A stretch of DNA of 64,000 nt from Burkholderiales bacterium (GTDB lineage: Bacteria > Pseudomonadota > Gammaproteobacteria > Burkholderiales > SG8-41). The stretch is from the NCBI GenBank assembly GCA_030683105.1, contig JAUXMZ010000003.1:86703-150702 (forward strand). Reading direction: 5' to 3'. A model generated the notes under the pieces. It was not told where the DNA came from and made no database searches. It saw only the letters and a program-made list of their open reading frames with translations. The translations under genes and the position numbers were made by a program. Shown here piece by piece: positions 9,847-18,972 of the stretch; position 1 is the stretch's first letter, and the number at the start of each line of letters is the position of its first letter.

Positions 9847-11148
9847 ATGGCCCGCTACCTCAAGCAGGGCATATCCACCGCCGCCGCCGAGGCCGCCGAT
9901 CTCAAGGTGCGGCAAACCGTCGAGGGCATACTCGCCGACATTGCCAAACGCGGTGATGCGGCGGTGCGCGAGCTCTCGCAGCAATACGACAATTGGTCGC
10001 CGCCTGCCTTCCGCCTGAACCCGGAGCAGATCGCGGCAATCGTCGCCCGGGTTCCGCCCGAGACCATTGCGGACATCACGTTTGCGCAGCTGCAGATCCG
10101 CAATTTCGCCCAGGCGCAGCGGGCTGCCTTGCGCGACATCGAAATCGAGACGCTGCCGGGCGTGATCCTCGGTCACAAGAACATACCGGTGAGCAGCGTC
10201 GGCTGCTACGTGCCGGGCGGGCGCTATCCGATGGTCGCATCGGCGCACATGAGCATAGTCACCGCCAAGGTTGCCGGCGTGCCGCGCATCATCGCCTGCA
10301 CTCCGCCCAACGAAGGCGAGCCGCATCCGGCCACCATCGCCGCCATGCATCTCGCCGGCGCTGACGAAATCCACGTGCTGGGCGGGGTGCAGGCCGTCGC
10401 CGCGATGGCGCTCGGCACCGAGTCGATCGCGCCGGTCGACATGCTGGTCGGACCCGGCAACGCGTATGTCGCCGAGGCCAAGCGGCAGCTGTACGGCCGC
10501 GTTGGCATCGATTTGTTCGCCGGCCCGACCGAGATTCTGATCGTGGCCGACGAGACCGCAGACGTGGTGATGGTGGCCGTCGATCTGCTGGGACAGGCCG
10601 AACACGGCCCGACTTCGCCGGCTATCCTGATTACCACATCGAGCCAGCTTGCCGAGCAGCTTCCGGAAGAGATCGAGCGCCAGTTGAAGGTGCTGCCGAC
10701 CGCTGATGTGGCGTCGCAGGCGTGGCGGGATTATGGGCAGATCATACTGGTCGACAGTCTAGATGAGGCCGTTGTCGAAGCCGACCGGTGCGCCGCGGAG
10801 CACGTCGAGATCCTGACCCGCGAGCCGCGCTTTTTTCTGGAACGCATGCGCAATTACGGCGCCATGTTCCTCGGTCCGGAAACCAACGTTGCGTATGGCG
10901 ACAAGGTGATCGGCACCAACCATACGCTGCCGACCCAGGGCGCGGCGCGTTATACGGGCGGCCTGTGGGTCGGCAAGTTCCTCAAGACCGTCACCTACCA
11001 GGAGTGCACACCCGAAGCCAGCGTCATGGTGGGCGACTACTGTTCGCGCCTGTGCGCGATCGAACGGTTCTGGGGGCACAAGGAACAGGCCGATCTGAGG
11101 CTGCGGATGTACGGCGGCCGGAAGGTGGGGTTACATGGGCCGAAGTAA
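9847..11148 (+). CDS. histidinol dehydrogenase family (HisD-like) paralogue
   Basis: 433 aa; HisD-like sequence throughout ([32 protein letters not shown] region); starts 2 nt after the cyclase-family stop, in a non-histidine context. Confidence 0.8.
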   Translation: MARYLKQGISTAAAEAADLKVRQTVEGILADIAKRGDAAVRELSQQYDNWSPPAFRLNPEQIAAIVARVPPETIADITFAQLQIRNFAQAQRAALRDIEIETLPGVILGHKNIPVSSVGCYVPGGRYPMVASAHMSIVTAKVAGVPRIIACTPPNEGEPHPATIAAMHLAGADEIHVLGGVQAVAAMALGTESIAPVDMLVGPGNAYVAEAKRQLYGRVGIDLFAGPTEILIVADETADVVMVAVDLLGQAEHGPTSPAILITTSSQLAEQLPEEIERQLKVLPTADVASQAWRDYGQIILVDSLDEAVVEADRCAAEHVEILTREPRFFLERMRNYGAMFLGPETNVAYGDKVIGTNHTLPTQGAARYTGGLWVGKFLKTVTYQECTPEASVMVGDYCSRLCAIERFWGHKEQADLRLRMYGGRKVGLHGPK

Positions 11149-11151
11149 CTT

Positions 11152-11186
11152 GTTCAAGGTTCCAAGTTCAAGGTTCCAAGTTCAAC
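11152..11186. repeat. heptamer tandem array GTTCAAG/GTTCCAA x5
   Basis: gttcaag gttccaa gttcaag gttccaa gttcaac; begins 3 nt after the HisD-like stop. Confidence 0.9.
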
Positions 11187-11287
11187 GCTAACGAGCCACG
11201 AACCATGCCGCAAAGCAAATACCCGGAGGGTACGACCCACGACCCACTAGCCACGTTTTTTATTCATGAAACTTCTGCGGATCCCCA

Positions 11288-11632
11288 TTGAATACTGAAA
11301 CACCAGAATCCGACCGCAAGGCGCAGATCGATGCGCTGCTTCTCAAACTCCCGGGCGTCAGCGCACGAAAAATAAACAGCCTTGACGCCTACTTCGTCAA
11401 TGACAAGATGTTCGCCTGCATCAGCGGCAGCGGCGTCGGGCTGCGACTGCCCGCCGCCACCGCGACCGATCTGCAGTTCTCGAGGGACAACGTCGTCCCG
11501 TTTCAGCCCGGCGGTATGGCGAGTTCGAGGGAATGGGTACAGATCGACCGCGCCGATGCGACCGAGTACGGGAAGGATCTCGAGTTGTTTCAGGCCTCGC
11601 TCGAGTTCGTGAAAGCCGCACGGAGCCGTTAG
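11288..11632 (+). CDS. small protein, TfoX N-terminal-domain-like (tentative)
   Basis: 114-aa ORF; the central ..YFVNDKMFACISGSGVGLRLP.. pattern resembles TfoX_N/YjbR-like proteins; assigned from memory only. Confidence 0.45.
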   Translation: MNTETPESDRKAQIDALLLKLPGVSARKINSLDAYFVNDKMFACISGSGVGLRLPAATATDLQFSRDNVVPFQPGGMASSREWVQIDRADATEYGKDLELFQASLEFVKAARSR

Positions 11633-11635
11633 GCT

Positions 11636-11783
11636 GGTTGTTCGTGGTTCGTTGCTCGTTGATCGTAGAATCCTAGCCTCTAACCACTTCCGAATCACCA
11701 ATCACTATTCACGAGTCACGAGCAACGAATCACGAATCACGAATCACGAACCACGAACCACGAACCACGATCCACGTTCAACG
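11636..11783. repeat. paired inverted heptamer arrays (GTTCGTG-type, then CACGAAT/CACGAAC-type)
   Basis: 11636-11669 ggttgttcgtggttcgttgctcgttgatcg, then 11693-11783 aatcaccaatcac..cacgaatcacgaatcacgaatcacgaaccacgaaccacgaacc; the two arms are complementary, so a long imperfect hairpin is possible; fills the whole gap between two + strand genes. Confidence 0.85.
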
Positions 11784-11797
11784 ATTTAAAGCCAGGG

Positions 11798-12436
11798 ATG
11801 ACTATGAGTAATCCAAAAAATGAAACCAGTGCGGCGGACCCTCGCCGCTTCAGGCTGATCCCGCTCGATCAGCTCACACCCGAACAACTCACACTGTCCG
11901 ACGCGATAAAATCCGGTCCGCGCGCCAAGCTCAAGAGTTCGGGCGCGTCCAAGCCGGGACCGCTCGGCGGGCCGTTCAACGTCTGGCTGCGCAGTCCGGG
12001 CATCGGCGACCTGGTGCAACGGCTTGGCGAAGAGATCCGTTTCCGCAGTTCGCTGCCGCCCAAACTCAACGAGCTGGCGATCTTGATCACGGCGCGCCAC
12101 TGGACTTCACAATACGAATGGTTCGCCCATCACAAGCTGGCACTGGAGGGCGGGCTGGCCCCGGCGCTTGCGCAGGCGATTGCGCAAGGCCGTTGCCCGG
12201 CACAGATGGGCGATGACGAAGCGATCGTCTACGATTTCTCGTGCGAGCTGCACGAGAATAAAGAAGTCAGCGATGCCACCTATCAGGCCGCGCTGGACCG
12301 CTTCGGCGAGCGCGGCGTAGTCGACCTCATCTCGGTAAACGGCTTTTACTCGCTGGTGTCGATGTGCCTGAACGTCGACCGTACGCCGCTGCCGGAGGGG
12401 GTGACGCCCCCGCTACCGCCGCTCGGTGAGCGGTGA
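11798..12436 (+). CDS. carboxymuconolactone decarboxylase (AhpD-like) family protein
   Basis: 212 aa; ELAILITARHWTSQYEWFAHH pattern typical of CMD-family proteins. Confidence 0.75.
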   Translation: MTMSNPKNETSAADPRRFRLIPLDQLTPEQLTLSDAIKSGPRAKLKSSGASKPGPLGGPFNVWLRSPGIGDLVQRLGEEIRFRSSLPPKLNELAILITARHWTSQYEWFAHHKLALEGGLAPALAQAIAQGRCPAQMGDDEAIVYDFSCELHENKEVSDATYQAALDRFGERGVVDLISVNGFYSLVSMCLNVDRTPLPEGVTPPLPPLGER

Positions 12437-12550
12437 GCGTTCAAGGTTCGTTGTTCGTGATTGGTGATTGGTGATTGGTGATTGGTGATTGGTGATTGGT
12501 GGTTCGTAAACGGTGAGAGGCTAGAGTTCAACGTTCAACGATTAACGAGC
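12437..12550. repeat. heptamer array region, core GTGATTG x6 (12457-12498)
   Basis: Starts directly after the TGA stop at 12434-12436; six perfect GTGATTG units flanked by GTTCGTT/GTTCAAC-type units. Confidence 0.9.
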
Positions 12551-12689
12551 CATTTTTTTCAATAATCGCTCGACGGGTACGATCAACGTTCATGGTCCGT
12601 TTCTGCACGATCACCATCCGAGTAAGTTAAACTGACATCTTGAATACTCGCTTTCCCCGCAGGGTCGGGGGAGGCGATTATTTTAAAGG

Positions 12690-13307
12690 ATGTCCCGCAT
12701 GAGGCTGCTCGGTTTACTCGAATTTGCAATTGTTTTCATTGGCGCGGTCGGCATGGTAGCCGCCAGTGTCTTCTACCTGCCCAATGGAGTTCACCTCGGC
12801 CTCTTCCTCGTCGGCGCCGGCATCGCGCTAGGCGGCCTGGAGTCGATTTTCACGCGCGGGATCAGCTTTCGCGTCTCGACTCTCAGCACCGATCATTACG
12901 CCGGCACGCCCGCGCTCATCTGGGGATCGACGATTTTGCTCGTCGGCGCGACACTCATCGCCTGCGCTTATCTCATGGAACAAGGGTTATGGCGAACGAC
13001 AGTTGTTTACGTGATGCGCCGCCCCGGCGGGCTGCTGTCGCTGCTGGGGTTGATCGTAGCCGGCGCCGGCGCACTTATCGTGTTCATCCCGCGCCCGCAC
13101 GGGTTCGTTTGGACGCTGCTGGTGGGGGTGCCGAAGACCATCGTCGGAATCGCGATCGTTATCGCGGGATTGGCGGCGGTCTGCCTCGGGTTGTGGGAAG
13201 CAATCGATCCGCTGTCGTTCACCCGTGTTATCAAGAGCGCGTTGGCACAGGCCGGCTTGCCGACTTACGAGCACTACTGGCGGCGCATGCTGTCAGCGCT
13301 GCTTTGA
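12690..13307 (+). CDS. hypothetical integral membrane protein
   Basis: 205-aa ORF with about 5-6 hydrophobic helices; no family recognised. Confidence 0.55.
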   Translation: MSRMRLLGLLEFAIVFIGAVGMVAASVFYLPNGVHLGLFLVGAGIALGGLESIFTRGISFRVSTLSTDHYAGTPALIWGSTILLVGATLIACAYLMEQGLWRTTVVYVMRRPGGLLSLLGLIVAGAGALIVFIPRPHGFVWTLLVGVPKTIVGIAIVIAGLAAVCLGLWEAIDPLSFTRVIKSALAQAGLPTYEHYWRRMLSALL

Positions 13308-13425
13308 CGCGGTAGCGGATGATCGGGGGTTCAACGTTCGGGGGCAGTCTTTGATTCGCTGCCAGCCGGAAATTCAGGTTTCATGGCCGGCGTCCAGTGG
13401 GGAACTGGCCAGAGTGGCAACCTGA

Positions 13426-14520
13426 TTATGCCGGTGGTGGCGCGGATACCACCTGGTTGCGGCCCGCGTGTTTGGCGCTGTAGAGCGCCTCGTCGGCCGC
13501 GCGAAACAGTGCGTCTGCGGTACTGCCATGATCTGGATACGCCGCTGCGCCGAACGAAGCCGTAATCTGTCCCAGGTTCTTTTCCTCGTACCACATCGGC
13601 ATTTCATATATCGCGCCCCGGATATCTTCGGCGCGCTGGGCAGCGAACCGCAGCGGCGACTCTGCGAGCAGCAGCAGGAACTCCTCTCCGCCTATGCGCG
13701 ACGCAATATCGCTGCCCCTGACATGCGCCCGCAGGACGGTGCTGACTTTCTTCAAGACTACGTCTCCTGCGCTGTGGCCAAACGTATCGTTGATGCGCTT
13801 GAAGTGATCGATGTCCAGCGCCACCATGGAAATTTGGCGTTTCATGCGCTGGGCGCGCGCCAGTTCCTGAACGAGATATTCATCCACAAACCGCCGGTTG
13901 AACAAACCCGTCAGTGGATCCCGTATGGACTGTTCGCGCAGGGATTCCCGCAACCTCATGTTGGCGAGCGCAAGACACAAGTCTTCCGCCACCGCCATGG
14001 CAAGGGCCAGGCCAGGGTCAGCAGCCACGTTTATCGGAACATTCTTCAGGCGCTGCAGGTGAAGTAAACCGAGCATGCGGCCATGCGCGATGAGCGGCAT
14101 GCATAGCGATGGCAGCGTCCCCGAGTCCTGGGCGATGTGTCCGCACAGCAGCCCGTTACCGGTGTCCCGGATGCAATGCGGCTGCGAGCGACGCAGCGCC
14201 CAGCAATCCTGCCAGGCGAGTGACTGCTTATTGAGTGAAGCGTCACCCCAGCTCGCTACGCGCTCCAGGTAATCTCCGTTAGCGTGCAGGAGATATACGG
14301 CGCCGGTAGCTTCCGGCCATATGTGGGGGCCGAAACACTCGATGGCGGCGTACACTTCGGGCGTCGATAAAGCGGATTTGAGATAGCTGCCCAGGTTGCG
14401 AAGAGTAAGCTGTTCCTGGCGAAATTGCGCCAATTCAAGGTTCTCGTCCAGCAAACCCTGTATTCGCATTTCGCAGCCTTCGTCCCGCGGCTTGGCGGGT
14501 TCGCCACTATCGGTCGACAT
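13426..14520 (-). CDS. GAF domain-containing diguanylate cyclase (GGDEF)
   Basis: C-terminal RDPLTGLFNRR .. DIDHFKRINDTFGH .. RIGGEEF active-site motif; the N-terminal ~170 aa are GAF-like. Confidence 0.85.
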   Translation of the reverse strand: MSTDSGEPAKPRDEGCEMRIQGLLDENLELAQFRQEQLTLRNLGSYLKSALSTPEVYAAIECFGPHIWPEATGAVYLLHANGDYLERVASWGDASLNKQSLAWQDCWALRRSQPHCIRDTGNGLLCGHIAQDSGTLPSLCMPLIAHGRMLGLLHLQRLKNVPINVAADPGLALAMAVAEDLCLALANMRLRESLREQSIRDPLTGLFNRRFVDEYLVQELARAQRMKRQISMVALDIDHFKRINDTFGHSAGDVVLKKVSTVLRAHVRGSDIASRIGGEEFLLLLAESPLRFAAQRAEDIRGAIYEMPMWYEEKNLGQITASFGAAAYPDHGSTADALFRAADEALYSAKHAGRNQVVSAPPPA

Positions 14521-14649
14521 CTCGGGTTCCAGGCATAGTCGTCATTATATGGACATCATAATATTTCAGCCCCCCGTGATGAATCTACGCTGCGAAGGCC
14601 CGCTTCCCCCCGCTGACTGCCGTCCCGCAAAGCGGTCGTTAGTGTCTAT

Positions 14650-14877
14650 TCAAGCACGTTGATGTGCCGCAAATTGCCCGCCCAACAAAAATCCCGCCGA
14701 AGCGGGGCTCCCAACCGTGTTCGGTGCTTTCGAGGGGCGTTCGATGAGGTAGCCTTGGGCATAACTTATTCCAAGTTCGCGCAAAACGAGAAAATCTTCG
14801 ATGTCTTCCACGCCCTCAGCCACCAATTCCGTTTCGCATCTTTGCGCAATTTGCTGCAATGACTTGAGAAACTGCAA
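14650..14877 (-). pseudogene. EAL-domain C-terminal fragment
   Basis: Only the last ~50 aa of an EAL domain are present (..ELVAEGVEDIEDFLVLRELGISYAQGYLIERP); no upstream EAL sequence in any frame. Confidence 0.6.
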
Positions 14878-15023
14878 CTTGTGAGCCTACAAGTAACGGG
14901 ACGAGTGGGTTTTTTCCCAATATTTCAGCACGATGGGACGATACAGGGAATGCAGCGCCGACACAAGACAGGGCCCCGCACGGGTATGGCATCGGCCTTT
15001 ATATCTGGCTTATTCGGGGATGG

Positions 15024-15098
15024 GGTCAAGGTTCAGAGTTCAAGGTTCCGGGTTCAACAACAGGTTCCAGGTTCAAGGTTCAAGGTTCAAAATTCAAA
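15024..15098. repeat. heptamer array GTTCAAG-type (about 10 units, one 5-nt interruption)
   Basis: ggtcaag gttcaga gttcaag gttccgg gttcaac aacag gttccag gttcaag gttcaag gttcaaa attcaaa. Confidence 0.85.
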
Positions 15099-15220
15099 GT
15101 GCAGGTCGGAGTCGGTTCTCCCTGACACAATCGGCTGCGGGCCGGCTGAATCTGTTCATGGTGCCGGTTGCTTGTCGTACAGTCATGGGTAAAATCATGC
15201 TGACTTCAATCTGACCACAC

Positions 15221-15493
15221 ATGAAAACCATCTCTTATGCTTTCTTCGTGACCGAGGCCGAGTATCCCAGCCTGCAAGCCGCCTGCCCCGGTGATTTTCC
15301 GCCATCCTATGCGGAATTTTGCGCCAGCGTGGAGCGGAGCATTCGGGAGATGGCTGACACCGTCGCCCTCGAAAAAGTCTACGTTCGCGTCGATGAATTC
15401 CTCGCATGGTGTGCCGAAGCCAGCCTCAGGCCCAACAACATCAGCCGCACCAGATATGCCATCGTGATCGGCAACCCCTGGGCTGACTCCTAA
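15221..15493 (+). CDS. hypothetical protein (90 aa)
   Basis: ORF with host-like codon bias; no family recognised; its TAA stop overlaps the start of a heptamer array. Confidence 0.45.
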   Translation: MKTISYAFFVTEAEYPSLQAACPGDFPPSYAEFCASVERSIREMADTVALEKVYVRVDEFLAWCAEASLRPNNISRTRYAIVIGNPWADS

Positions 15494-15527
15494 TTGGTGA
15501 TTGGTGATTGGTGATTGGTGATTAATA
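15493..15527. repeat. heptamer array ATTGGTG x4 + ATTAATA
   Basis: Direct reading; overlaps the stop codon of the preceding ORF. Confidence 0.9.
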
Positions 15528-15665
15528 CCCCTCAAACGTACCCATCGCGCTGATTCATTTATTTTGCTGCGCCGCTCACCGATCCGGCGATCCGGGCGTG
15601 ATATAAAGAGCAAGGCCTTATAATCAGGACATTAATTGTCAGATTCTTAACCGCTCGAGGGTGAG

Positions 15666-16637
15666 ATGATACGCACAATCTTGTTCAGCCCCTCCACCGG
15701 ATCGATCAAGACCGGAAGCGACGATCTGCTGGAAGCGTGGCAGCGCGAACCCGATTCGCTGCTGTGGGCCGACTTCGCCGACCACGAACCGCAGTCGGAG
15801 GAGCAGGTCATGGTTTCGGGTTTCGGCCTGCATCCCCTCGCCATCCACGACGCGCAACGGGACCGGCACCCGCCCAAGATCGAGGCGTTTGCCGATAACG
15901 TCTTCATCCTCCTGAAAGGACTGGGCACGGTCTCGGACGAATTCGAGTTCGGCACCATCCAGCTCGCACTGTTCATCGGCCAGCGCTTCCTGGTCACGCG
16001 CCACTCCGTCCATTCCCGCAGCATCGACATGCTGCGTGCGGAAGCCGAGCAAGGCAGGTCGCTGCTTGCCAGCGGACCCGATGCGCTTGCTCTGCGGTTG
16101 TGCCGGATCATGGCTGACCGCTACACGAAAAAACTGCTCGCGCTCGAGCCACGGCTCGACGACATCGAGCGCGAGATTGTCGAGCACCCCGACGATTCCA
16201 TGCTTACCGAGCTGATCGGCTACAAGACCGACCTCAGAAAGTTCCGGCGCGTCCTCGTCTATCATGTCCAGGTGTTTTCGGAGCTTGCGAAGAATCCGCC
16301 GCCGCAGGTGAGGCCAGAGCGCGTGCACGAGATCAGGGACGTCTACGAGCATCAGGAGCGGGCGAGCAGCCTCGCCTCCTTGTACTACGAGGTTTCCTCT
16401 GATCTGATCGAAGGCTATATCTCGGTCGCCTCGCACCGCCTGAACAACATCATCAGGATACTCACCATCATCACCGCCATCTTCGTGCCGCTGACCTTTC
16501 TCGCCGGGATCTACGGCATGAATTTCGAGAATATGCCCGAGTTGAAATCGCAGACGGGATATTTTGTTCTGCTGGGGATCATGGGCGCTATCGCCGCCAT
16601 CCTGGTGTTGTTGTTCCGCCGGAACCGATGGCTGTGA
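15666..16637 (+). CDS. corA: CorA-family divalent metal ion transporter
   Basis: 323 aa; YGMNFENMPE signature (GMN motif) before the last TM helix, two C-terminal TM helices. Confidence 0.85.
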   Translation: MIRTILFSPSTGSIKTGSDDLLEAWQREPDSLLWADFADHEPQSEEQVMVSGFGLHPLAIHDAQRDRHPPKIEAFADNVFILLKGLGTVSDEFEFGTIQLALFIGQRFLVTRHSVHSRSIDMLRAEAEQGRSLLASGPDALALRLCRIMADRYTKKLLALEPRLDDIEREIVEHPDDSMLTELIGYKTDLRKFRRVLVYHVQVFSELAKNPPPQVRPERVHEIRDVYEHQERASSLASLYYEVSSDLIEGYISVASHRLNNIIRILTIITAIFVPLTFLAGIYGMNFENMPELKSQTGYFVLLGIMGAIAAILVLLFRRNRWL

Positions 16638-16833
16638 GAACCCCGACTCGGGGCGGGCCGCGGGGTAGGCTGGCAGCATAGCGCCTGCCGCAGTTCCACG
16701 AGTTTCTTCTTGTTGAGTTTGGCCATGTTGGTAGTGGTGGCCGGTGGTCTCGGCGGTCGGACTATAATTGGCATGCTCAGCCACGGGCAAGATGCAGGAC
16801 CGTCGCGTTTTCAACTCTCATGAGGGAACGCAC

Positions 16834-17412
16834 ATGACTTATCTAATCCTCGGTCTCATTATCTTCATTGGGGCGCATTCGGTCCGCATCTTTGCGGAGG
16901 ACTGGCGCACGCGCGCGATCGCCCGCGTGGGGCCGAATTCCTGGAAGGGTGTTTATTCGCTGGTCTCGATTGCGGGGTTCGTGCTGCTCGTCTGGGGTTA
17001 CGGCCAGGCGCGTCAGGCGGGTGGCGTGCTTTACGATCCGCCCTTGTTCATGCGCCATATCACGATGCTGCTCACGCTGATTTCTTTCGTGCTGATCGCA
17101 GCGGCCAGGGTGCCTGGCAATCACATCAAGGCGGCGGTCGGGCATCCAATGGTCGCGGGCGTGAAGCTGTGGGCGTTTGCGCACCTGCTGTCCAATGGCA
17201 GCATGGCCGACGTGATTCTGTTTGGCGCGTTCCTGGCCTGGGCCGTCGTGGATTTCATCGTCTCGCGCAAGCGTGATCGCGCTGCGGGCGCGCGTTATCC
17301 GGCGGGCGGCGGCGCACGCACTGCGGTAACGGTGGTCGCCGGGGCTGCCGCGTGGGTGGTGTTCGCGTTCTGGGCGCACCGCTGGCTGATTGGGGTGGGG
17401 CCGTTTGGGTAG
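16834..17412 (+). CDS. NnrU family membrane protein
   Basis: Start moved to the internal ATG (MTYLILGLIIFIGAHSVRIF..), a typical NnrU N-terminus; multi-TM. Confidence 0.75.
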   Translation: MTYLILGLIIFIGAHSVRIFAEDWRTRAIARVGPNSWKGVYSLVSIAGFVLLVWGYGQARQAGGVLYDPPLFMRHITMLLTLISFVLIAAARVPGNHIKAAVGHPMVAGVKLWAFAHLLSNGSMADVILFGAFLAWAVVDFIVSRKRDRAAGARYPAGGGARTAVTVVAGAAAWVVFAFWAHRWLIGVGPFG

Positions 17413-17420
17413 CAAGGCGA

Positions 17421-17539
17421 GTTCAAGGTTCAAAGTTCAAGGTTCAAAGTTCAAAGTTCAAAGTTCAAGGTTCAAGGTTCAAGGTTCAAGGTTCAAGGCT
17501 CAAGGCTCAAGGCTTAAGGCTCAAGGCTCAAGGCTCACT
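17421..17539. repeat. heptamer array, 17 units (GTTCAAG/GTTCAAA then GCTCAAG variants)
   Basis: Largest array in the window; begins 8 nt after the NnrU TAG stop; the apparent ORFs with GSKFKVQ repeats are artefacts of this array. Confidence 0.95.
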
Positions 17540-17594
17540 AGGGGAGTGCCTGGTTTAGAATCGGTGAACCGCGGGATAACCAACAAGAGGAGTC

Positions 17595-18011
17595 ATGATG
17601 AAACAAGAATCCATCGCGGGTAGCTGTTTGTGTGGATCGGTCCGTTTTGAAATCAAGCCGCCGTTTTCGCTGTTCAAGTATTGCCATTGCAGCCGCTGCC
17701 AGAAAACAACCGGCACCGGGCATGCGGCGAACATATTTCTGCCGACGGGCCAGTTCGCCTGGCTGTCCGGCGAATCGCTGATCCGCCATTTCGATCTGCC
17801 GGGCGCCAAGCGCTTTGCAGTGAACTTCTGCACGCAGTGCGGCACGCGCGTGCCGCACCAGGTTACGGGAACGGAAAATATGCTGGTGCCGGCGGGCACC
17901 CTCGACGGGGATCCGGAGATGCTCCCGGACGGCAGCATTTTCTGGGCATCCAAAGCGCCGTGGTTCGTCGAAACGCCGGCGATACCGAAATTCGACGAAT
18001 ACGGCAAATAA
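17595..18011 (+). CDS. GFA family protein (CENP-V/glutathione-dependent formaldehyde-activating enzyme fold)
   Basis: GSCLCGSVRF .. CHCSRCQK .. FCTQCG zinc-binding cysteine pattern; AGAGGAG SD. Confidence 0.85.
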   Translation: MMKQESIAGSCLCGSVRFEIKPPFSLFKYCHCSRCQKTTGTGHAANIFLPTGQFAWLSGESLIRHFDLPGAKRFAVNFCTQCGTRVPHQVTGTENMLVPAGTLDGDPEMLPDGSIFWASKAPWFVETPAIPKFDEYGK

Positions 18012-18027
18012 TTTAATTGGAGGCAGG

Positions 18028-18951
18028 ATGAAAGCAGCGTACTTCATGAAAAACGGCGGGCCGGAGGTGATGCAGTATGGCGACGTTAAGGAACCCGTTG
18101 CCGGGCCCGGCCAGGTGCTGATCGATGTTCATGCGGCCAGTGTCAACGGGGCCGACTGGAAGGTGCGTGCCGGGCATTACGCGCCAATCACCGATTTTCC
18201 GTACATACCGGGGCGAGATTTCTCCGGCGTCGTCAGTGCGCTTGGCGCCGGCGTGCCGGAGTTTGCAGTCGGCGATGCGGTGTTCGGGGTCTGCGATGTC
18301 GGGCAGGAAGCGGCGTATGCGGAGAAAGTCGCCATCAAGTCGGCTCTCGTGGCGAGCAAGCCGGACAGCCTGTCGCACGCGGAGTGCGCGGCGCTGGCGC
18401 TGATCGGGATCACCGCATTGTGCTCGGTCGAGGACACGCTGCAACTGAAGTCTGGTGAAACCATACTGATCCAGGGTGGCGCGGGCGGGGTCGCCAGTTT
18501 CGCGATACAGGTCGCCAAGCATATCGGCGCCCGCGTGATCACGACGGCGAGCGCGGCGAATCATGACTACCTGCGCAGTCTCGGCGCCGACCAGATCATC
18601 GACTACAACAAGCAGGACTTCACGAAAGAGGTGTCAGGCTGCGACGCGGTGTTCGATACTGTCGGCGGCGAGGTTGCAAAGCGCGCATTCGGCGTGTTGC
18701 GAGCTGGCGGGCGCGCGGCGTTCATTGCCTCGGGGAACGCCGCGCCGGTCTCGCCGCGCGCTGATGTCGCATCGCTGCGCCCGAAGGTCGGGCGTGACCG
18801 CGCACATCTCGAGCGGATCGTCGCTCTGGTCGCCGGCGGCGCTGTCCGCGTTCCGGATATCACGCTCTATTCGTTATCGGAAGCACGAGCGGCCCACGTG
18901 GTGAGCGAAGGGCGCCACCTGCGCGGAAAACTGGTCTTCAAGGTGCGCTGA
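18028..18951 (+). CDS. NADPH:quinone oxidoreductase-like medium-chain dehydrogenase/reductase
   Basis: 307 aa; GETILIQGGAGGVASFAIQ cofactor motif and MDR/zeta-crystallin-like sequence. Confidence 0.85.
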   Translation: MKAAYFMKNGGPEVMQYGDVKEPVAGPGQVLIDVHAASVNGADWKVRAGHYAPITDFPYIPGRDFSGVVSALGAGVPEFAVGDAVFGVCDVGQEAAYAEKVAIKSALVASKPDSLSHAECAALALIGITALCSVEDTLQLKSGETILIQGGAGGVASFAIQVAKHIGARVITTASAANHDYLRSLGADQIIDYNKQDFTKEVSGCDAVFDTVGGEVAKRAFGVLRAGGRAAFIASGNAAPVSPRADVASLRPKVGRDRAHLERIVALVAGGAVRVPDITLYSLSEARAAHVVSEGRHLRGKLVFKVR

Positions 18952-18972
18952 AATATTGAATGGCGCGCAAGT

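Noticed and set aside
11152-11186. tRNA-like T-arm sequences (GGTTCAAGG, GGTTCGAA-like strings) in the arrays
   Set aside because: No acceptor, D or anticodon arms can be built around them. They are array units. No tRNA, rRNA, tmRNA, RNase P or SRP RNA signature was recognised anywhere in the window.
17421-17539. Possible CRISPR arrays at the tandem-repeat loci
   Set aside because: Units are 7 nt and directly adjacent with no spacers. There are no cas genes in the window.
17352-17623. ORFs encoding GSKFKVQ-type repeat peptides (also 23877-24257, 14881-15214 and 30099-30461 with SAHCSLLT repeats)
   Set aside because: They are simply translations of the heptamer arrays (3 x 7 nt = 7 aa period). 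They have no SD or start context and extend into neighbouring non-coding sequence, so they are treated as DNA/RNA repeats, not proteins.
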